A stretch of DNA of 64,000 bases from a virus. Location: positions 3,404 through 67,403 of the IMG/VR virus record IMGVR_UViG_3300020469_000041, one strand, 5' to 3'. The position numbers were made by a program, and so were the translations under genes. A model generated the notes under the pieces. The model searched no databases, had not been told where the DNA came from, and saw only the letters and a list, made by a program, of their open reading frames with translations. Below are positions 56,755 to 64,000 of this stretch, piece after piece. Positions within the stretch are counted from its first letter, which is position 1; every line of letters starts with the position of its first letter.

Positions 56755-56784
56755 ATTATAACACAAAATTCAACAATTGTAAAC
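56755..56784 (-). promoter_or_regulatory. sigma70-type early promoter for the nrdA-iscA-iscU-nrdB run
   Basis: GTTTACA-N17(ending TGT)-TATAAT. Confidence 0.78.
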
Positions 56785-56786
56785 AG

Positions 56787-57041
56787 TTATTTTTTATTAA
56801 TTTTTGAAACTTGTTCTTCTAAATCAGTAATTCTTTTTGCTAATCTTGGATATTGCTTTAACCATTTATCTTCGCGGGTAGCAATTTCTATATCATATTT
56901 ATTTGCTATCCAGTCCATGGCATTGTCCATTTTTACTTGGAACCACACACCCATCTTAGTATTTTTAAACCAAGCATAAAACGAACTTCCTATAATTGAA
57001 CCGAGTATGGACTTTAATGTTAATATGAATAGCCAATACAT
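56787..57041 (-). CDS. small membrane-associated hypothetical protein
   Basis: hydrophobic N-terminus; GAGG RBS. Confidence 0.5.
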   Translation of the reverse strand: MYWLFILTLKSILGSIIGSSFYAWFKNTKMGVWFQVKMDNAMDWIANKYDIEIATREDKWLKQYPRLAKRITDLEEQVSKINKK

Positions 57042-57043
57042 TT

Positions 57044-57817
57044 TTATACCTCTTCTATCGGAAGCTTTCTTTTAAGCTTCGATAATGCTTTTACATAATT
57101 TGGCATACCATGATCTACAACACCATCAAAGAATTTCCATCTTTTCCATGAGTTCCATATACCATAGAACATATCTGCCCATGTTGGACCAACTGCTTTA
57201 TTTCCAAATCTATCAAAATAAATCATTTCTCCATGGTGTCTAAATCCAAGAAATGCTGGAGGAATTCTACACACAATATCGTTATTATTCATAAATCTAT
57301 AATGATCTGAATTTATGTTTTTAACAAAGTGTTTTCCACCAACTCTTGGTGAACCAAATGTAAAAAGCTCTTGAGGTTGATATCTTGTAGTAGCAATTGT
57401 TGCCATTGCAGCACCTAAACTATGGCCTGTAAAATATACATCTTTTCGTACTTTAAGTTGATCATTGTGATCTAATTCTTTTACAATGTCCATCCATAAG
57501 TCATCTACTTCTTCTTGAAAACCACCATGTACTTTACCACCGGCTTTAGCTGTATTTTTGATTATTTTAAGATCAGCCATAACATCATTTAATTTAGAAG
57601 GTTCAGTTCCTCTAAAAGCAAACCACATATCATTTCTATCTTTTGCTATGAGTACTTCTGCACCATCTCTACTTATAATTTTACCAGACGCAAATCCTAG
57701 TTTTTTACAAGCAGTCTCTGCTGGTTTTGGATTCATATAAGCAATCGCAGATAACTTAGCTGCTATTTCTGCTCTTTCCCATAAGGTTAATTGTTCTTTC
57801 ATTCTAGTTGTCGCCAT
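57044..57817 (-). CDS. lipase class 3 (alpha/beta hydrolase); start re-assigned to MATTRM
   Basis: FAFRGT, VH.GF, TGHSLGAA, TFGSPRVG, R..N.NDIV.RIP, DH.M..Y. Confidence 0.9.
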   Translation of the reverse strand: MATTRMKEQLTLWERAEIAAKLSAIAYMNPKPAETACKKLGFASGKIISRDGAEVLIAKDRNDMWFAFRGTEPSKLNDVMADLKIIKNTAKAGGKVHGGFQEEVDDLWMDIVKELDHNDQLKVRKDVYFTGHSLGAAMATIATTRYQPQELFTFGSPRVGGKHFVKNINSDHYRFMNNNDIVCRIPPAFLGFRHHGEMIYFDRFGNKAVGPTWADMFYGIWNSWKRWKFFDGVVDHGMPNYVKALSKLKRKLPIEEV

Positions 57818-58304
57818 TTTTTTTCTCCAATTTAATTTCAACTGCTCCAGCATCTTCATCATTTATTGTCACATTCCTATAGTAAACTATCACCTCACCG
57901 AGTTGATTAATATATCTTTTAATTTCTTGCGTATTATAAGACATTAGCTCATAATCAGCAACACTCATGGCAACAAAAACAATATCACCTCCGTGTTTCT
58001 TTTTAATATCATCGATAAACTTATCGAGATATGTATACCCTTCAGGGTACAAATCTTCTCTACCTAATTTACAGTTTGATTTTTTAGTTTCAGGATCCTT
58101 AAGACAATTCTCAATTATTTTTGTATCTGAAACTACATACCATTTAGGTTCTTTTAAATCTATTGCTCTTGGCATCACTGGCTGAACAATATCGATTTTA
58201 ATTGGTTTTGTTATTATTTCAACTTCTCTGGGAGGTTGCTGTAATAGACTACAACCACTAATCGTTAAGAGAGCTAATACGCTTGCTATCTGCTTCAATC
58301 GCAT
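57804..58304 (-). CDS. outer-membrane lipoprotein, o-spanin (Rz1-like)
   Basis: lipobox ISGC, Pro-rich segment; 5' end overlaps the i-spanin gene. Confidence 0.65.
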   Translation of the reverse strand: MRLKQIASVLALLTISGCSLLQQPPREVEIITKPIKIDIVQPVMPRAIDLKEPKWYVVSDTKIIENCLKDPETKKSNCKLGREDLYPEGYTYLDKFIDDIKKKHGGDIVFVAMSVADYELMSYNTQEIKRYINQLGEVIVYYRNVTINDEDAGAVEIKLEKKNGDN

Positions 58305-58650
58305 CAAAGACCTCCTTCGTTTGAGCATTTGCTCGTGTTTCTATCATACCAGGTTTTGCACTAGCAAGTTTAGCAATATTATGTCTTCTAAATATATCTA
58401 GATAATCTGACATTTGTGTTTCGTATTGTTGATTTTGTACTTGTAAGCCAGAAAGTGCTTGAGTGGTTTTTTGAAGATTGCCTTGAATGGCCTCAATAGT
58501 AGCTTTTTGTTCTTGATCTCTAAGATCTTGAGCAGCAATAACTTTTATTTGCTCTTCTAGCTTGTTCTTCATAGGAACAATTGAGAATTGATAATATAAA
58601 AATCCTGATAAACCCATAGCAACAATAATTCCAATCAATAATTTAGACAT
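58258..58650 (-). CDS. inner-membrane spanin (Rz-like)
   Basis: single N-terminal TM, long coiled coil, LA.AKPG..E.R.N motif. Confidence 0.7.
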   Translation of the reverse strand: MSKLLIGIIVAMGLSGFLYYQFSIVPMKNKLEEQIKVIAAQDLRDQEQKATIEAIQGNLQKTTQALSGLQVQNQQYETQMSDYLDIFRRHNIAKLASAKPGMIETRANAQTKEVFDAIEADSKRISSLND

Positions 58651-58654
58651 AATA

Positions 58655-58855
58655 TTATTTCTCTATTTTTTTAGACTCAGCAGCTTTCCTTCTTGCAAGA
58701 ATTCTTTCAACAAATTTACGGCCCTCTTTCGTTCGACCATCGTAAAGATCTTTTTTCTTTTTCTTTCTTCTTACTGCATCAGCAGGCATTGATACTCCGC
58801 CTCCACCTACTGAATTTGCAGCTGCGTCTTCCCACATATCTTTAAATGTTTTCAT
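58655..58855 (-). CDS. small basic protein, putative internal head protein
   Basis: MKTFKDMWED.. N-terminus; DGRTKE motif. Confidence 0.55.
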   Translation of the reverse strand: MKTFKDMWEDAAANSVGGGGVSMPADAVRRKKKKKDLYDGRTKEGRKFVERILARRKAAESKKIEK

Positions 58856-59199
58856 GAGTCCTTCTTCGAAGCTTTTGCTTTAGCTAATCGTTCTTTAGCC
58901 TTTTTAAGATTATCTTTAGCTTTGCGCTGCCTTTCGATTTTATCAGCTTTCTTATTAGCAGCATCTGCACGGCCTTGTGGTGTTAAACGTTTAACACCAG
59001 CTTTAGCGCCTTTAAACGCTAGCTTTCCACCAGCCTTAGCGGCTTTACCAGCTAACTTAGCAGTTCCTTTTACAAGTTTCCTAATAAGTTCATCGATTTG
59101 CTCTTCGCTTAATGTGTCAATATGAGCTAATTGATCAGCTTCAGACATGTCAATAAGATTATCAATGTCTATTTCTCGTATTTCTTTAAATTTTTTCAT
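58852..59199 (-). CDS. K/A-rich basic protein, putative internal head protein
   Basis: MKKFKEIRE N-terminus, acidic leader and histone-like K/A tail. Confidence 0.55.
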   Translation of the reverse strand: MKKFKEIREIDIDNLIDMSEADQLAHIDTLSEEQIDELIRKLVKGTAKLAGKAAKAGGKLAFKGAKAGVKRLTPQGRADAANKKADKIERQRKAKDNLKKAKERLAKAKASKKDS

Positions 59200-59789
59200 C
59201 TTTTTAAATCCGCACTCGTTACGAGTATTTTTTGTTTTGTTAAAACATGTTCTACTTGGTATACATTTAAACCAAAGATAGAACCGGTAGGCTTTGTAAA
59301 ATCTATCACACTAACAATATTATTTATATGTGCAATAACTTCAGCTGTCTTTGGAGATACTATATCTTGTATTAGCTTATATTTACCAGGAGCTAGTTTA
59401 TTATCTTTTTCAAACCATGCTGAATTTTCAGATAAATCAATTGTTTCTTCTAAATCATCAAAAATATTACTGATAATATCACGTATTTCTGTATCAGTTA
59501 AATTTGTACTTTCTTTAATTAAAAATAAAGCTGAAGCATAAGAAGCTAATCTAGTTTTACCAAACGGCAATTTATTAAGTAATCTTTTTACATTAAAAAC
59601 TAATCTATGAAAAACTGTATAAGCAGATTTTTCTTGAGGAGTTTTTCTATCTGCTGCTTTCTTTAATACTTTACCATTATCATCTATTACACCAAGATCA
59701 AAAGCTTCCATCTTATCCCAAGGCGTAACAAGCAATTTTAGAAACCTAAACGCGTAAAATAAATCTGCTGTTCTAGATACTACACTCAT
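59196..59789 (-). CDS. conserved T4-like hypothetical protein
   Basis: D..YA.RF.KLL..PW....A..LG.ID..G...AYT.FHRLV.N.KR. Confidence 0.6.
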   Translation of the reverse strand: MSVVSRTADLFYAFRFLKLLVTPWDKMEAFDLGVIDDNGKVLKKAADRKTPQEKSAYTVFHRLVFNVKRLLNKLPFGKTRLASYASALFLIKESTNLTDTEIRDIISNIFDDLEETIDLSENSAWFEKDNKLAPGKYKLIQDIVSPKTAEVIAHINNIVSVIDFTKPTGSIFGLNVYQVEHVLTKQKILVTSADLKR

Positions 59790-60160
59790 TAAATATTCCT
59801 TAGTTTTCCTATAATTATTTTATCTAAAGGGATTTCAACCTTATAATCTTCTGGTAAATAATGTAAGAATACTAAAAATGTTTTTAATGTTGAATAATGT
59901 TCTGGTTCAACTTTAAACCACATCATTCTATTCGCAGCATTAATACCAAACACGTTATAAATTACAATAATATGATTTAATATCAATCGTTCTTGTAAAT
60001 CACCAGATTGCTCATAACGTCTAAGTAATCGTTTTAGATACTTAAATCTTTTTAAATCTTCTTTGAACTCTTCTATGTCTGTACATTCTGGATTATTGTA
60101 ATGTTGTGACGCAAAGAGCTCAAAGTTCCGAGCCGTAAGCTTATCAAATACTTTCATCAT
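59789..60160 (-). CDS. conserved T4-like hypothetical protein
   Basis: NF.LFA..HY.NP.C...EEF..DL.RFKYLKRL, ERLILNH.I..YNVFG. Confidence 0.65.
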   Translation of the reverse strand: MMKVFDKLTARNFELFASQHYNNPECTDIEEFKEDLKRFKYLKRLLRRYEQSGDLQERLILNHIIVIYNVFGINAANRMMWFKVEPEHYSTLKTFLVFLHYLPEDYKVEIPLDKIIIGKLRNI

Positions 60161-60186
60161 ATATTATATATAACAACCTCTAAAGA

Positions 60187-61311
60187 TTAATCTGATTCGT
60201 TATCAGCCTCGTAATTCTTATCTACATAATCAAAGAATTCTTTTTTCTTATCACCTTCGAGCTCACCTGGTGAAGTTACACCAAACTTTTTCAAAGCTGC
60301 TTTAAAGAATTTTTGATATCTTTCTTTATCTTCTTGCATTTTAGATTTAGCTTCGTTCATTGCATGAGCTTCTGCTACAACTTCTTCACTAACTTCTTCA
60401 TTAGCCATTTGTAAAGCAGCTTTTACTTCAGGATCGTCAGATAAACCTTTCTTCATTTTTTCAATTTTATTTACAGCACCAGTCATATTACCGCTCATTT
60501 TAAGAGCAAGATCAGTTGCTTTTTTAACTAAAGCTTTAGGAAACTTACCTTCTTCAATAGTTTCTTCTTCAACTTCTTCCTTCATTGTTTCAACAGCTTT
60601 AATTAAATCTTGAACTGTATACTTCTTTTTAGGATCTAAAGCTCCAGCCATGGTTGTTTTATCTGGAAATTTAGTCTTTTTGCTAGCAACTAAATTCGCA
60701 CCATCAAAATATAAACCTTTAGCTCTCGTGGCTTTTCTTAAAAACTTAGAAAGTGTCATCTGAGGAATATCAGAAGCCATTGCTTTAGGATCTACTTTAG
60801 CAGCATTTTCTTCTAAGTCTTCATCTTCATGTTGAACATCTTCATTAGGTAATGATTTTACAAATTTATCTACTTTTTTCTTATCACCACTTACTGTAAC
60901 GTCCATACCAGTTTTAGTTTTTTTAACTTCTGCTTTTAATCCAGCTTTTTTTGCTAATTTAACCGCGTTAGATGCTGTATCATCATCCATATCAACTAAT
61001 TCAAATGTGTCTTCTTTGACTACAGAACCGTCTTCTTTTTCACCAGACTTCTTAACTTTATGAGCTGCTTTAAAGTCTTTTTCGCCTTTGGCCTTTGGCT
61101 CTCCAGCTTCATCTACTTCTGGTTTTTCGTGTGTATAACCTTTCTTTGAAAGTTCTTCGTGATCTTTCTCAGTTTTTGCTACTGCTTTTTCACCAGTTTC
61201 TGGATGAAACATGTCGTGAGGATATTTAGCTTCTTCCTTTTTTACTTTACCTTCAAGTACATCGCTAACTGCTGCAGCAATGCTTAAAGTAGTTTTATCA
61301 TTAATTCTCAT
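60187..61311 (-). CDS. highly charged putative prohead core/internal protein
   Basis: E/K-rich, modular, many (V/L/I)xE sites resembling prohead protease sites; late promoter upstream. Confidence 0.5.
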   Translation of the reverse strand: MRINDKTTLSIAAAVSDVLEGKVKKEEAKYPHDMFHPETGEKAVAKTEKDHEELSKKGYTHEKPEVDEAGEPKAKGEKDFKAAHKVKKSGEKEDGSVVKEDTFELVDMDDDTASNAVKLAKKAGLKAEVKKTKTGMDVTVSGDKKKVDKFVKSLPNEDVQHEDEDLEENAAKVDPKAMASDIPQMTLSKFLRKATRAKGLYFDGANLVASKKTKFPDKTTMAGALDPKKKYTVQDLIKAVETMKEEVEEETIEEGKFPKALVKKATDLALKMSGNMTGAVNKIEKMKKGLSDDPEVKAALQMANEEVSEEVVAEAHAMNEAKSKMQEDKERYQKFFKAALKKFGVTSPGELEGDKKKEFFDYVDKNYEADNESD

Positions 61312-61321
61312 ATTAGTTCTC

Positions 61322-61621
61322 CTATTTTATGAAAAGCATTCCCGTGATAGCTGTGGCTGCGGTAGCAATTACTATCCAGAATAATTTATTAATTATATTT
61401 ACGGTATGAGCATTTTGCCTTACCAAAATTTCTATTCTATCAACTCTATTTATAAGAGCTAATATTTGTTCTCCTTGCTGTTTGCCAAACTCTGCCATAG
61501 TAGCAATTTTCTCTTCGGCTCGAGCTAAAGATATAATTGCGTCAGACATCTTATCGATTTTTTCTTCGATTCGATCAAGTCTTGCTGATTGTTCAGCTCT
61601 TTGTTGTTGTGCTGTTGCCAT
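61322..61621 (-). CDS. coiled-coil protein with C-terminal TM helix
   Basis: RLDRIEEKIDK...ARAEEKI; hydrophobic C-terminus. Confidence 0.55.
   Translation of the reverse strand: MATAQQQRAEQSARLDRIEEKIDKMSDAIISLARAEEKIATMAEFGKQQGEQILALINRVDRIEILVRQNAHTVNIINKLFWIVIATAATAITGMLFIK
61447..61454 (-). promoter_or_regulatory. T4-type late promoter TATAAATA (intragenic)
   Basis: exact motif ~135 nt upstream of the 61311 start. Confidence 0.4.
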
Positions 61622-61886
61622 ATATGTAAATCCTACATTTTAAAGGTGTAACCCCTTTGATTAATCTATGGAACTCCATTTTCTTTACATCGAAAACCAT
61701 TCCCTTTTTAAGTAACCATGGTAAGCATTCTTGTAGCTGAAATTGCCAACCCTCGCCATCTAAAATTTCTATTTCTCTATCTTCCATATCACGATGCCAA
61801 ACAAATTCTTCATCATCGCGGGAAGGATCAAATTCTCTTATGTCCGCATCTTCCCAGTACGGTTTACCAAAAGTAAGATCCACCAC
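61593..61886 (-). CDS. cupin-like conserved phage protein
   Basis: WHRD.EDR...G.GW.FQ...FHRLIKG. Confidence 0.6.
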   Translation of the reverse strand: MVDLTFGKPYWEDADIREFDPSRDDEEFVWHRDMEDREIEILDGEGWQFQLQECLPWLLKKGMVFDVKKMEFHRLIKGVTPLKCRIYIYGNSTTTKS

Positions 61887-62241
61887 CTTTCAACCCCAAG
61901 TCTTTAGCATATTTTGGAAGTCTACACGCCCAATAACCTGCTTTCGTTTTATCTGTTTTAGTCTCACAATTATGACGAGCTGCAAAGTTTCTTGCTGCAT
62001 CTCTGTCATTTATCTTAGATGTGAGACCACCCTTTTCGTCACCAAACTCAATCTTTTTAACGTTTCCAGTTTTTGGATTTTTTACATAAACAACGTACTT
62101 TTTCTTGCCACTAGATCTCTTAGGCTTATTTAATTCTGGTTCTGCAGCTTCATCAATTTCTATCATTGGTTGATCTAAAGGAACATGAGATCCTTCATAG
62201 ATACCAAATCTTTCTTCAATGTGTTCTAAAAAACTATGCAT
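61864..62241 (-). CDS. conserved basic protein, putative internal head protein
   Basis: MHSFLEHIEE N-terminus; KK..VYVK.P.TG.VKK..FG, F.ARH.C, AGYW.C. Confidence 0.6.
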   Translation of the reverse strand: MHSFLEHIEERFGIYEGSHVPLDQPMIEIDEAAEPELNKPKRSSGKKKYVVYVKNPKTGNVKKIEFGDEKGGLTSKINDRDAARNFAARHNCETKTDKTKAGYWACRLPKYAKDLGLKGGGSYFW

Positions 62242-62444
62242 TATTTATCCTTTACTGCCTTAATATAACCTGGCATATTTGCTTTCGGATCACCTAAATT
62301 CTTAGCACCTTTCTTTAACGCTTCAGCTGAATTTCTAGCTTTTACTACAACCTTTTGGCCCTTTTTTAATTTGTTAATAGACTTTTGTACAGTTACTGTC
62401 CAAAATTCCATACCCTCATTTCTTAATTCTTTAAAGCTTTTCAT
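62241..62444 (-). CDS. small basic protein, putative internal head protein
   Basis: MKSFKELRNE N-terminus. Confidence 0.55.
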   Translation of the reverse strand: MKSFKELRNEGMEFWTVTVQKSINKLKKGQKVVVKARNSAEALKKGAKNLGDPKANMPGYIKAVKDK

Positions 62445-63108
62445 TTTTTTGTCCTTTTATCCATTTTACAGCTATTGCATTTTCTGGTGGTTTTGCAGCC
62501 CATTGCTGTATTCTTTTATAAGCACTTAATACAGCTTTTTCAATATCAGATCCTTTCGAGTTATCTACGACGATCATTCTTTGTCTAAATAAACCTTGAA
62601 ATTTACCTATATTAGTTTGTACATCTTTCCACATTTTAGTTACCATATCATCTGGTAATGAACGTGGCCTTATTTTATTTCTGTCTAATGCAGTATCTAA
62701 ATCAGTATTAACAAAAATCATATGAACAGCATATCCAAGAGCTCTTAACATATCAACTTGCTTTTTAATTTTAGCATAATCTTTACCAGTACCATCAATA
62801 ACAATACCCATTCTACCTTCTAAAGCTCTGGTCATTATTTTACCAGTTAAAGCTTTTGCCTTTGCTCTTACAGCTTGACCTTGAGCTGAAGCTATATCAT
62901 TTGGATTTACTGTAAGTCCAGCTTTCTTTAAACCTTTTTCAAAAGCATCATCAGAATTAATTAATCTAAATCCAAGTGCTTTTAACGCAGTCTTACCTAC
63001 AACAAATGATTTACCACTTCCGGGGCCACCTGCTAGGAATACTGCTTTAAAAATTGATGGATCATTTACACCTTCCATCAAGTCAAAATGTTCTCTAAAT
63101 TTATCCAC
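62431..63108 (-). CDS. P-loop kinase (zeta-toxin/AAA_33-like); start re-assigned to GTG (MDKFREHF)
   Basis: KAVFLAGGPGSGKS, INSDD.FE, VIDGTG, MIFV...L..A..RN..R.R, DNS. Confidence 0.8.
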   Translation of the reverse strand: MDKFREHFDLMEGVNDPSIFKAVFLAGGPGSGKSFVVGKTALKALGFRLINSDDAFEKGLKKAGLTVNPNDIASAQGQAVRAKAKALTGKIMTRALEGRMGIVIDGTGKDYAKIKKQVDMLRALGYAVHMIFVNTDLDTALDRNKIRPRSLPDDMVTKMWKDVQTNIGKFQGLFRQRMIVVDNSKGSDIEKAVLSAYKRIQQWAAKPPENAIAVKWIKGQKNEKL

Positions 63109-63460
63109 CAAACTCGTGTCCAGCAACTCTTTTCATTTGTTTTTTAAATTCAGCAAAATCAGGTTTATTTTTATATAGTTTAATAGAAATTTCGTTTCTA
63201 TCTTTACCTTTGATTCTCCAGTTAAAACCCTTTTCTTTATGTTCTGGCTTAGTAGTCTTTACTACTCTACGCTTAAATCCAGCTTCCCAAGGCTCACTCT
63301 TACCTGGTCCTTCACTCATTTGAGCTTGTTTTATTGCATCAGCTGTAGGAGCACCTTTCTCTCCTTTTTTTCTCATTTTTTCGCCACGAGCCTTTTTAGC
63401 TCTAATATTAGCCCACAAGCCTGGTCCCTTCTCGGATATAAATTTTTTAAAAGTTATCAT
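63101..63460 (-). CDS. basic protein, putative internal head protein
   Basis: MITFKKFISE N-terminus; GLWANIRAK..RGE.MRK.G.KGAPT module. Confidence 0.6.
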   Translation of the reverse strand: MITFKKFISEKGPGLWANIRAKKARGEKMRKKGEKGAPTADAIKQAQMSEGPGKSEPWEAGFKRRVVKTTKPEHKEKGFNWRIKGKDRNEISIKLYKNKPDFAEFKKQMKRVAGHEFGG

Positions 63461-63810
63461 TTTTTTAAATCGTATCTAAATGTACGACCCTTTTGTTGTT
63501 TATCTTTGGTAACTTTATATTTACCAATTCTAGCTAAATTATTAACAAATTCTAATTTACCTTTCTTCATATCTTTGACAAGTTCTGGTTTTACTTTTTT
63601 CCAAATACTATCTAAAATATCTCCGTCATCCATTACTAATGGTGCTTCATCAATTGTATCTTCATTGTATTTGTATTTTTTCTTTAATCTTTCGTATTCT
63701 GCTTTTCTATCTTTAGCGATTTTATCTAAATCGACACCTTTCGACTTAAGTCGACCAAGTAATCGAGATCGAGCAGACTTGCCTTCTTGAAAATCTCTAA
63801 ATGATATCAT
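63457..63810 (-). CDS. basic protein, putative internal head protein
   Basis: MISFRDFQE N-terminus; TAAGGA RBS. Confidence 0.55.
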   Translation of the reverse strand: MISFRDFQEGKSARSRLLGRLKSKGVDLDKIAKDRKAEYERLKKKYKYNEDTIDEAPLVMDDGDILDSIWKKVKPELVKDMKKGKLEFVNNLARIGKYKVTKDKQQKGRTFRYDLKK

Positions 63811-63819
63811 CTTTATTCC

Positions 63820-63864
63820 TTATTCGCAGCATGTGCAGCTGCAGCATTTACAACATTTACACAT
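63820..63864 (-). CDS. 14-aa cysteine-rich micropeptide MCKCCKCCSCTCCE; not in ORF track
   Basis: ATG 1 nt after the upstream TGA, AGAGGA SD upstream, stop embedded in the next gene's TAAGGA SD. Confidence 0.6.
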   Translation of the reverse strand: MCKCCKCCSCTCCE

Positions 63865-63865
63865 A

Positions 63866-64000
63866 TCAACTTCCTCTTACTTTTGCAGCTAGGTCTTTAT
63901 CAGCCCCGCCCCAAGTTCCTTTCGATTTAGTAACAAAAGAATTTACTCTTGCTAACCCCCATTGTGTTGGATTTGTGCCTGGTCTATGACTTGAACTCCA
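63866..64000 (-). CDS. C-terminal part of a protein with HRPG..QW..ARVNSF motif (DUF5824-like)
   Basis: WSSSHRPGTNPTQWGLARVNSFVTKSKGTWGGADKDLAAKVRGS*. Confidence 0.6.
   Translation of the reverse strand, partial: WSSSHRPGTNPTQWGLARVNSFVTKSKGTWGGADKDLAAKVRGS

Noticed and set aside
1-64000. tRNA, tmRNA or rRNA genes
   Set aside because: No cloverleaf or T-loop/CCA pattern seen in the short intergenic gaps; not machine-scanned

Overview
This 64-kb window is part of an AT-rich T4-like (Tevenvirinae/Kyanoviridae-type architecture) myovirus genome, most likely from a marine phage of a heterotrophic proteobacterium (host is inferred). 1-24.3 kb (minus strand) holds tail fibres and baseplate genes: a 2567-aa fibre with an S74 chaperone, a DUF4815-type protein, gp8, gp7-like, gp6, gp25, a gp5-type spike, a hub protein, gp53 and gp48. 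24.3-29.2 kb (plus strand) holds gp4, gp2, a gp54/19-like gene, gp26, a gp51-like frame and a tape-measure-like gene. The rest (minus strand) has gp32, gp59, gp33, small early genes behind a family of sigma70-type promoters, lysozyme, RNase H, PhoH, nrdA/nrdB, spanins and small basic ORFs with T4 capsid-targeting-like N-termini. Main points of interest: (1) a contiguous csgF-csgG-curlin-FecR-curlin-CHASE2 adenylate cyclase module, a candidate phage-borne amyloid-secretion plus cAMP signalling system; (2) a likely -1 ribosomal frameshift fusing gp26 to a start-less gp51-like frame just upstream of the tape-measure gene; (3) a terminator-insulated late unit with a glutamine (glnA-type) riboswitch controlling a triple-YRG DUF4278-like peptide; (4) iscA/iscU inserted between nrdA and nrdB, with a membrane-anchored cytochrome c next to nrdB; (5) a 14-aa, 8-Cys micropeptide ORF. 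All calls come from motif recognition and synteny by eye; no searches were run.
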